DNA of 57,751 nucleotides, filler included, from Sphacelaria rigidula (Eukaryota): NCBI GenBank assembly GCA_964200075.2. It is 8 parts of 8 records of this genome, joined end to end, with 100 filler letters (N's around TTAATTAATTAA, not from the genome) between each part and the next. Parts side by side here need not be neighbours in the genome. Positions count along the whole stretch, not along the records: positions 43,390 to 50,520 come from CAXNAA020016333.1; positions 50,621 to 57,751 come from CAXNAA020016334.1; 6 more parts are not named here. One strand, 5' to 3'. Shown piece by piece: positions 48,733 to 57,751 of this stretch (position 1 is its first letter; each line of letters starts with the position of its first letter). The notes under the pieces were generated by a model. It saw only the letters and a program-made list of their open reading frames with translations, ran no database searches and was not told where the DNA came from. The position numbers and the translations under genes were made by a program.

Positions 48733-49039
48733 GCGCCCCGGTGGTGTAATGGTCCAACTGTCACCACTAGGGTGGAGAGAGCGAGGGTTCGATTCCCGAT
48801 GCGTTGGGTTTTTTCTTCGTACTGCCTGATTTCCACCGTGCAAAGCGTGAGAACGTCAGTGAACAAAGTAGTCGACTGAGTTTGTTGGAGGTGAGTCGAC
48901 GCGGTGCGGAAGTGCTGACCCGACCCGCGAGACCAAAATGCAAGGCGCGTACCGGGGGAGAAATGGGTTGATCCGTTGACACCACGGACTCATCCCGAGG
49001 AAGGGGAGGTGTTCGAAGGGCGACGAAAAACAAAAAAAG
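48733..49039 (+). mobile_element. tRNA-derived SINE, near full-length copy
   Basis: gcgccccggtggtgtaatggtccaactgtcaccactagggtggagagagcgagggttcgattcccgatgcg has Pol III A and B boxes, followed by a ~230-nt body shared with 21891-22203 and 57646-57751, ending gaaaaacaaaaaaag. Confidence 0.88.
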
Positions 49040-50520
49040 TTGCATTCGATTGTACGGTGCACGCCTGTAGCTCATCGGTTCTATCGGTAGGGCGTGTGCT
49101 ACGGGCGGCCATTTCTTTTCGATCATCGGAGAAAATGCGTGTGGGCGCTACTCCGAGCAGCGGTGAAATCTCCCGTCTCGACTTGCACAGTAGAAAGTAA
49201 AATCGAAGCGACAAGCAGTTGAAATTCTTCTGTGTACATCTTGGTGTCTTTAGCATCGTACTCTACTGTATTCGAAGAGTCCATTCATTTTGAGTTTTGT
49301 AGAAGCGTATAGGAGGCGCAGCTTCTCTAATTACCACGATTTTAGGCGGATTCGATGAGGAAGGTAGGCCTGTCTCATACCGCCGGTGCCGGCAACAATG
49401 GTGGTGTCGGCGACAACTGCTGTGGCAGCCGGTTGTCGACCAGATTACTTGCAATACTGCTGCTGGCACTTTCGCAAATGACTCCATGAGTGGCACTGAC
49501 GGAAGATAAGTCGCGCTGATCATTGTGGCAACTCTGGCCGGCTTACACTTGCCCTTACTACTGTAGGCCACAGTGATGGCAACTCTCGGGGACATCATAA
49601 ATAAAAAATGCTTGCCCCTCCCGCGCGCCTTCTTGACGATGGCAAACAGTGGCCCCATTTTTACACGTTTCTTTTTCTTTTAGTGCATACCTGTCTGTCT
49701 GTTAAATCAAAAACGTTTCTCGGTCTGGAAAAATTGCACGATTTGTTTGTGCAAGGCAGTGTTCACAATATTGATCAAAGGTTTCATTTTGTCTGATATT
49801 TTGGTATTCGGAAACTGGGTACCCCCGGAATTTTCAGTACTGCCGCTTGTTCCGTGATACCCCCGTACATGGCACGTCACGACTGCAGTGCACTGCTGTA
49901 GATATGATGTTGCTGTTCACGGGGGGTGACTATCCTTGATATTGGGCAACAGCCTCGTGAAACTGTGTTTCAGACATGGATTGTGGGACGTAACCCGGAA
50001 CCGTTCAGAGTAAACAAAAAGTCGTTCCTCAACTCTTTTTTCGGTCGAAGAATGGAGAAGCCGAAGAAAGGAAATATCGCACAGATACCTTGTTGACCTA
50101 CCCTGGTGGTCAAGGAATGAAGAGCGAACCTTGAAGGGTATTATGATCCATCCGTCCGCGTGTGCCATGTGGAGCTACTCTATATTATTTCGATTGAAGC
50201 GGCGTGGAGCAGCTGGGAAAAGCGGGGTTTTGATCCCCACACCGTGTGACGCACAACGAAGATACGTGAAGATGTTGAGAGTAGCAAAATGAATCTCGCT
50301 TCTTGTCCTCGTGGCCCGCATATATATATATATATATACAGAGAGAGGGAGCAGATCAACGATGAATAACACCCCTCAAGTTCAAATTGGATCTATCTGT
50401 TGTTATTGCCGCAGCACCGCCCTTGCCGGCATGTGTGTGACAGAGTACAGTAGTACCGGTGACGGGAACATTGCCCTGTTTTTCAACGTGTTCTTCACTG
50501 TACACACGTGCGTCTTGTCC

Positions 50521-50620
50521 NNNNNNNNNNNNNNNNNNNNNNNNNNNNNNNNNNNNNNNNNNNNTTAATTAATTAANNNNNNNNNNNNNNNNNNNNNNNN
50601 NNNNNNNNNNNNNNNNNNNN
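50521..50620. other. Artificial contig linker
   Basis: N44-TTAATTAATTAA-N44. Confidence 0.99.
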
Positions 50621-51369
50621 TCACGAGTCAACTTATTATACTGAAACCAAGTAATTTCCTGACGAATCATTATTTGTCCTAACCGTGTAACAAACGGTCA
50701 AGTTACCAAAAAACAGGGAGAAAACTGACGTTTTTTTTGGTAACTTGACCGTTTGTTATTGAAAATGCAAGTTTGGCCAAAAACGAAACTGTGACCTACG
50801 GGATACGCAAAGGTGCTCTGGAATGGCCGCAGCGAGTGAAGCAAGTCATTCCAAGGTGTCAACATCCGCCTAGTCCTCTTTTCGGGGGAAAACCGACGGA
50901 AAAGGGCCAAAAATGCACTTTTAAACAAGTTTATATTTCTTGATACATGAGAAGTAGCCTTAGGCTACTTTATTTTATGTATAAAAAACACTTTTTCAGA
51001 AAAGCTGTTTTTCGACAGCACGATTTTTCAAGGAAATTTTGCAAAGCAGCCCGTATTCTTACGTGATCGACGCACTATCAACATTGAAAACGCAGTGTTC
51101 ATTTTTTTTCATGAGGTGTGCAGGCATAATTTCAAATTCTAGGGCGCGCGAGAAAGATGCAGCACTCTGCTGTCCTGTCGTGGTGTACGGTCCGTACTGA
51201 ATGTACTACTGTGATACATTGCCTGAGCAATACATGGGCTGCGTGACACAAGACGGTCGATAAGAACACCGCCTTGCTGTACCAGCTGACTGTACAAGTG
51301 ACGGTTGTGCGTTTTCACTGCACGGTAGTACTTGACTGAAAGGACAGGGCGGACAACAGTACACATAAC

Positions 51370-51760
51370 AGTGCTGTATTGCATACATTGGCTGTAGTAC
51401 TACAACAGTAACACTATGCATAGTTTTTGTGTACTGTCAGTACGGTCCTGTATCTACAAGGCTTTGGTGCGCAGGCAGCCTGTACTGCAAAGCGATGTCT
51501 GTTCGCAACACGCTGGATGCACAGACCTCAACTGAGCTGTAAGTTCGCTGGACTCTAGTACTCGGTTGTATGGGCAGCACAGACACCACTGTTGTTTTGT
51601 ATGCGTTGGATGTACTGCAGTAGTAGCAGCACCGATCTCATAGTCTTGTGTGTACTGTCAGTCCGGTCCTGTCTGCAAGGCTTGGGGTGCGTGGGCAGTC
51701 TGTAAAGCACTGCGACGGCTGTTCGCAACACGCTGCGTGCACAGACATGAACTGAGCAAC
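51370..51760 (+). repeat. Diverged direct duplication, ~220-230-bp period
   Basis: catagt.tt..tgtgtactgtcagt.cggtcctgt...caaggctt.ggtgcg..ggcag.ctgta...ctgttcgcaacacgctg..tgcacagac...aactgagc occurs at ~51419 and ~51639. Confidence 0.8.
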
Positions 51761-51986
51761 AATATCGTACGGACGACATGCAGCATAGACTATTCTGTCT
51801 GTACAGCAGTCGTCATCGACCCTGCTCTCTCCTGTTCTCAAGGAGTAAAGGGCCACCACGCTACCGGCGAGCGAAGGACAATGATGCAATACGCTGGATG
51901 CTGGCGAGCACCAGCGACAGCAGTAGTGGTGATGGCAGCCAAGCCATCACAGGTGCTGTCATGGGCTGTAAGGTGTGTTGAAACGC

Positions 51987-52077
51987 TTTTTCGATAACAT
52001 TTTCCGATAGCCCGAGGTTATCGGAAAATCCTGATTTTCTGAAAACTTTGGGCTATCGGAAAATGTTATCAGAAAAA
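51987..52077. repeat. Near-perfect ~90-bp palindrome
   Basis: tttttcgataacattttccgatagcccgaggttatcggaaaatc-ct-gattttctgaaaactttgggctatcggaaaatgttatcagaaaaa. Confidence 0.9.
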
Positions 52078-55000
52078 TTCCTAATAAGTGGGTTTTGGTC
52101 ATTTATCAAAAAACGCATCTTTTTTTCTGATGGCAAAGAATTGTCCCAAAAATTCCTAGAGTTTTTTCATACATAAGAAGTGACCTTGATATAGAGTGGA
52201 GAAATCTAGCAAAGAAATGGCCCAAAAATGGAGTCGCAAAAAACCGGTTAGTCGAATTTTTATCCGCAGGAAAAACGAAATTCACTTTGTGAAATTGGAA
52301 TTGGAATTACCTCGTTGCAGAGCGCGACCCGCGTCCTGTTGCGGGTCTGGCGGTCAAAGAGTTGAAACTCATTCTTCATTTGCTTCATGAAGACAGAGCG
52401 GACTTCCATCACAAAGTGCTTGCTGATGCACTGCCCGATGTGTTTTTACTGCCCTCAAGACTGGGTGACGAAACACGTTTCGCACATAGTGCAACCCCCC
52501 CCAAATGGTTTCAGGTATTCTCAACACAGAAACTCTGTATCGTGACTGTGTTGCGGGTAATACTCGAACGAAGTGTTCATTGTTGCAGCTGGTACTTCAA
52601 GATCTTTCTGCTTCCGGATATCTTGGAACCCATAAAAGGTGTAGCAATAGACTGTTCACATGCCCTTAAGATCTCTGTCGGTATTTGATCACCATTTGGC
52701 TGTGTGGCAGATGACTGGAAGTACCGAAGTCGGTTTTCTGCGCCTCGAGCGAACATGCAGCCTTGGCCGTTCAGCGAGATTGGAGAGCAGCTCAAGCGTG
52801 AATTTCTCATGCCTCTTCTTCAAAAGCGTCTGTTGCACACACGGTACAACGAGCCAAGAATTGCACCTTGAGAAGAATTGAAATGCGAGAAGCAAAAAAG
52901 CGATCGCTCAAAGCACGGAACAATGGGCTGGCGACATCGAACACAACGCCCACACATCCATTTGACATGTTTGAACCGTCTTGCACTTGTTTGCGCAAAA
53001 CGAAACTACTCCTAATGTTCAATCGATTCATCATTTTGCAGTTCCCCGCTGTAAAATGACCCCAAGTTTCGATGATTACCACGACTACCGCAACGAAATC
53101 GTCGAGCCCCCGGTACAAAAATCCAAGTGCAGCGCAGCGTAAGAAAACCAACAATGTTTCACAATACGGTGCTCTACTCTTCAGCCCGCACCCGCTCCGG
53201 TAGACTCATCCAATCCGTGAAAAACAGCCCGGTTTACCTCAAATTACATTTCAAGTACTCTACGCTAGCGTGGCTCGGTTTGGCTCAGGGGAACCTCTGA
53301 AAAACGTGATAGCTTCATTCCACATGGCTACCGGGAGCCTGTGCGATAGTAATCGTCCGAGCACCGTAATGTCACATGCTGCCGGCGTAGGCCGCGCTTG
53401 TCCCTGCGGACAAAACGGGGGCGTGTACCGAGGGAAATGGGGTATTAATCATTCAAGTTCGACACGTACGAAAGCGAAGCTGCAGATGGGTAAATCAAGC
53501 ACGGCTTGACACGGTAAGACCGCTACGGTATACCCATGACTTCATTTGCCCATCAAGAGATTCACATGGCGGAAATAAGCGCGGTCGGTAACGGTTGCAG
53601 GGGCAGTAACTTGCCCACAACATGTGTACTACTGCTACTGCTTCTGGCTCCGCTGGTGCTGCTACTACTGTTACTGCCACTAGTATGGATAGTGCTACTA
53701 CCCTACTACTAATGCTACCGTACGAACCACTGCAACTTTTACTACCTTATTACCCCACATCATCGCCAGTTGTCATTGGAGGAACTACATCACCCAGTGA
53801 CCTGTACCAATACTGCATTTAAGGCAATCTCGGGCATCACGATCCTGGGACGCAAATAACATGAGGCACAGACAAACGAACTTCTTCCGTGGCAAACTTT
53901 ATTGTTCGGCATGATCTTTCTTCAAGGACACGTAGAGGTGAAGCAACGTTGCTAATGCGTACCTTGTGGGTCTCGCCGTTGACGTGCCTCGACAAGTGTT
54001 GCTCCAGGAAATCTGCGAATACTTCGGTGGCGAGGTCATTTTCGGCGACGTCTCTGCCTCAAGAACGTACACGGGATAAAAAAAAAATGATACCAAAAGT
54101 GGAGACAGATGTTGATGGGAAAGGGCGGGATGGGTGGTGAGACATGCACAGCTGGTAACCCCAAGTGAGAAATATCTGGACTATCCGACTCATGGTGCTC
54201 CGTTGGTGCAAACTGATCGACGAGGTACGGCGGGCGGATATTCAAGCAGAAGCTACTATGAATACATATTCCCGGGATGCGGTGTGCGGCCTCGCTGGGG
54301 GGGCTGCAGCCACGAAGACGTGTATGAGGCCACCAACCATAGTGACGAACTATTTCCCCAGACACAAGGCGCTGCATCAGGAAAAGCAAATCCTACAAGG
54401 TTGCTTCAAATGGATTGAATAATCATCAAGTGGATGAACTCCACCTCGATGCAGGGGGGAGGAAAAGCAACGATGAAATGGGGCAAAGTTGGGCCCGGGT
54501 TCCGCGCAGCAAGAGAGAGTACACCAGGCTTGTGCACCTCGGATGTAGATAACTGCAGTGGCTCCACCTTTCGACCACAAAGGAGACGCTAGTATCATGA
54601 CTGGTAGTTCAACAATCGAACGAGGACGATACCGATTCAACAAACTAACGTGCTTCGTTGCCTGACTGTCACAACGGGGACATCGCAACCATGACAACAT
54701 TTATTCAACATACTCCAACCACTCGGATATTCTGACAAAAACCGGATGACTTCTCACCGGTTCCGCACGTTCTGGTTGCAGATGCTGATGAGAGTAGGGA
54801 AGAGAACGGCCTGATACCGTGTCTCGGAGAAAAATCTGGGCGCGAAGGCACGAGACACGCAAACAGCGTTTCACTCGGCGTGTTGACAGGAGCGAGATGT
54901 GCATCGACGCCCTCCCATGGTCGAATATGGTGTGTTCAGCGGACATTATATATACTTTGTATATGAGTATTGACAAGCGCGCACCCAGAACGTAAGGTCA

Positions 55001-56970
55001 AATCTCCTCGGATTACGCGGTACGCACGAATGCTAGCATGGTCGCACGTCCCTCGACGTGAATGTTCAATCGAATGGCCCACGAATCTGGAAATTTCCCG
55101 TAAATTTCGAGGGTGCGCTCACGTACGAGAATATCGCCAACATGCGCCAGCACATGGACTACTATGGACATATCAATCGGAGTACCAGGCGAAACAAGCT
55201 CAGATACGAGAACAACGTGCCCACAAAAAATACTAGAGGGGAAGTACGCGGTTCAGAACGCATCATCAAACCACCATCACCGGATTTCAAGTTCGTCCTT
55301 TCGAGGGCAACAAAACCCCCTCATCTTCTGCGAACGCCAAGGATCTCATGCTACCTTGGCTCTGAAGATGCCGAACGCTATAGCGTATGCCAGCGTAGAA
55401 TGTATCGAGGCTTTGCCGAAGAGAACTCATTCGCTAGATCTTAGCATATGTTCATTTTTTCTCGTTTCACGATCAAGAGCCGCGAGGTTGCGACCCACTT
55501 CATCATCAACCTGTGGAGCATCGTGCCCACTCGCTGCACTCATGGCCCAACCGACAAGAGTCCAAAAGTGGGAGTGGAGGGAACGGGGCGATGAACAGTT
55601 CTGCACATGACGCGAATATGCAACACGAATGTTCAACAAGACAGCAGTGTGCAAGCCACAAGGAGTAGTTCGATACTTGAACAGCTGCTTCCCATGACTT
55701 TTACCTGCAGCAAAATATGTGAGCGAAACGGGGGAGACTAGAACGAGAACAGATACAATACCGCTCAGTGGAGGCTAACCATCTCACCGGAAAGGAAGGT
55801 TGCACAGGCGAACGAGGATGGTTGGAGGTGGTCCCCACTGCAACATCTCTTGATTTTTGCGGTTGCCGAGACAAAAGTATCCTAGCAGCATAACCACACT
55901 TTCAAGACGCTCTTCAGATAGCGACAGCCCTGACTGACGCGCCCTCGTCGTCGCTGCTGCTGACTGCTGTTTTTCGGTGAAGACATGACATATATAAGGA
56001 AAAGGTTCTGAAGATTGTAGCTACGGGCACAGATGTAGGAGAATGCTGCAAGCAAGATTTCCAACTTTTGGCGGATTTGCACTTCGAAACACTCGGAAGC
56101 GATTTTCTCCACCACCTCTTGGGGACGCCACAAAAACACACGATTTAGAGATATCTCCGACCTTATCAAGACAAATTCCGGAGACTGAATACGAAGTCAA
56201 TCTCCAAGAATTCAACAAAATGGTACAACGGGAGCGAGACGCCATACTGGCTGGTTCACGCTCATCACCCAAATTCATGTCATCGACATATGCCTTCCGC
56301 ACTACTTACCAAATTGCCGCATACATGGTACAGTACTGACCGCTATGGAGAGCTGAAGGGTGTGACATAGCCGGGTTTTTGTTCAAGGCTATGAGGGTGG
56401 CGCTAAGGGCGAAAAGGTACCTGGAACAAATAGCTCTCAAAATATTTTGCAAAAAAATACGAATTCCCACTCCACTTTCTACTCAATCTCCGCACGCATC
56501 ACATCGTAATAACTGCCATCAGCTCAAGAATCTAACGGAAAAAACAGACGTGAAAGAGGTTCCAATATTCGATAATACCAAGAACCGTGGTATTCCGATG
56601 ATGTGGAGTTAGCGTCGTCGGATTCCCACTGATGATGGGCACCAAAGACCCAGAAAGCCTTCTGACGGTTCCCTTGTAGCTGTGGTACAAGATCGCAGAT
56701 CGCCTGCAAACATGGCAGTTCGGTGAGGAACTGGTGCTACAATAACTCGCGTTCTGGATGAGATAAAGGGCTCCTAACAATTATAACCTCAGAAAATATG
56801 TATGCGCCCCTACCGTAGCATGACACTCTTTTGCGTTCTGTCCTTTCTTGCCAGTCATCGGGAGTCCCGGAAGGGAACGTGACTCCCCACGACCCTCGAA
56901 CTTCCGATAACTGGTGAAAGAAGAAAAAAATCAAACCACTTCATCCATAAATAGTTTCGTAATGCCCATG

Positions 56971-56971
56971 G

Positions 56972-57040
<69 letters not shown>
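56971..57040. repeat. (GT)n microsatellite
   Basis: About 35 GT units. Confidence 0.97.
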
Positions 57041-57044
<4 letters not shown>

Positions 57045-57645
57045 ACTTAGTCTTAACTTCAAGAATGGGCATGAACATTTGCGGATGAATGAATCTCGGC
57101 GAACCAGCTCGAATTCACGTCTCGTCCACGCAACTAAGGGAGGGTGCCATCGGCACTGTGCCCCCCAAGTAGACAATAAAACACGGAACATTATCACGGT
57201 ACCTGTGAGTCGAGGTCGTCGATGATTGAGATCAAGAGCCGCTCGCACAAAGTCGCGAAGTCGAGTCGAACACCCTCTACGGAGAGCCACGTCTGAACGA
57301 GATAAAAACAGAAAAAGCAAGCGGGGGAAAGCGAGCACGGGAAGCCATTTTTACGACTTTCATGTCTGCCTGATTGTCATCCTGCGGGGTCGATGGTTGC
57401 GGCAAGGATAGAAGTCAGATAGCTGATGGGTGCGTACGAGGAGGGATGGCACCGCGAACTGTCAAGTCACAAGAGGCAAAAACCCGCATTTGTGTTCACG
57501 GATTGGCTTACCAACTGAGCGACGCACCGGTAAGGCAGTCCGGAAACCGTTGTTGCGGATGATCGCAACAGTGAAGGATTCAACGATCACATCATTCCAA
57601 CCCCACAGCATCGCACATTTGTGGCATGTGACGGAGCCCTCTGCA

Positions 57646-57751
57646 CTTTTTTTTTTCTTCCCCTCACACTTCGAAACCCCCCCGTTCCTCGGGATGAGTC
57701 CGTGGTCTCAAGGGATCAATCCATCTCTCCCCCGGTACGCGCCTTTCATTT
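57646..57751 (-). mobile_element. 3' end of tRNA-derived SINE, truncated by contig end
   Basis: cttcgaaaccccccc.ttcctcgggatgagtccgtggtctcaagggatcaatccatctctcccccggtacgcgcct is the reverse complement of ~48945-49020. Confidence 0.85.

Noticed and set aside
48733-48805. Functional tRNA gene
   Set aside because: A and B boxes are present, but the 3' side does not pair with the 5' acceptor strand and it is fused to a repeated body; it is a SINE head.
7177-50576. Regularly spaced TTAATTAATTAA motif every ~7231 bp as a biological periodic element
   Set aside because: Always embedded in N44 flanks; it is an artificial six-frame-stop linker.

Overview
This is not one locus. It is eight unrelated eukaryotic contigs of 7132/7131 bp (1-7132, 7233-14364, 14465-21596, 21697-28827, 28928-36058, 36159-43289, 43390-50520, 50621-57751) joined by artificial 100-nt linkers (N44-TTAATTAATTAA-N44). 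Short GC-rich exons in long repeat-filled introns, long GT-rich 3' regions and an NB-ARC gene suggest a brown alga (Phaeophyceae); this is inference. Most entries in the ORF track are spurious. By matching splice sites and reading phase by eye I reconstructed six partial spliced genes: (1) a minus-strand diflavin-reductase (CPR/NOS/MTRR family) FAD-binding fragment, apparently decaying; (2) a 4-exon unknown protein; (3) a Pro-rich protein with a C-terminal SH3 domain split by an intron; (4) an NB-ARC (STAND/NLR-like) gene whose N-terminal helical domain resembles MLKL/HeLo/RPW8-type four-helix executioner domains; (5) a single-pass membrane protein with a C-terminal bulb-type-lectin-like domain; (6) a 7-exon unknown protein with one apparent frameshift. 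Repeats include a tRNA-derived SINE family, a ~190-bp dispersed repeat with a C-rich tail that mostly lies in the same orientation as the nearby gene, several foldback/TIR MITE-like elements, tandem duplications and microsatellites. No CRISPR, rRNA or intact tRNA was seen. The most interesting candidate is the executioner-domain-like NB-ARC immune receptor.
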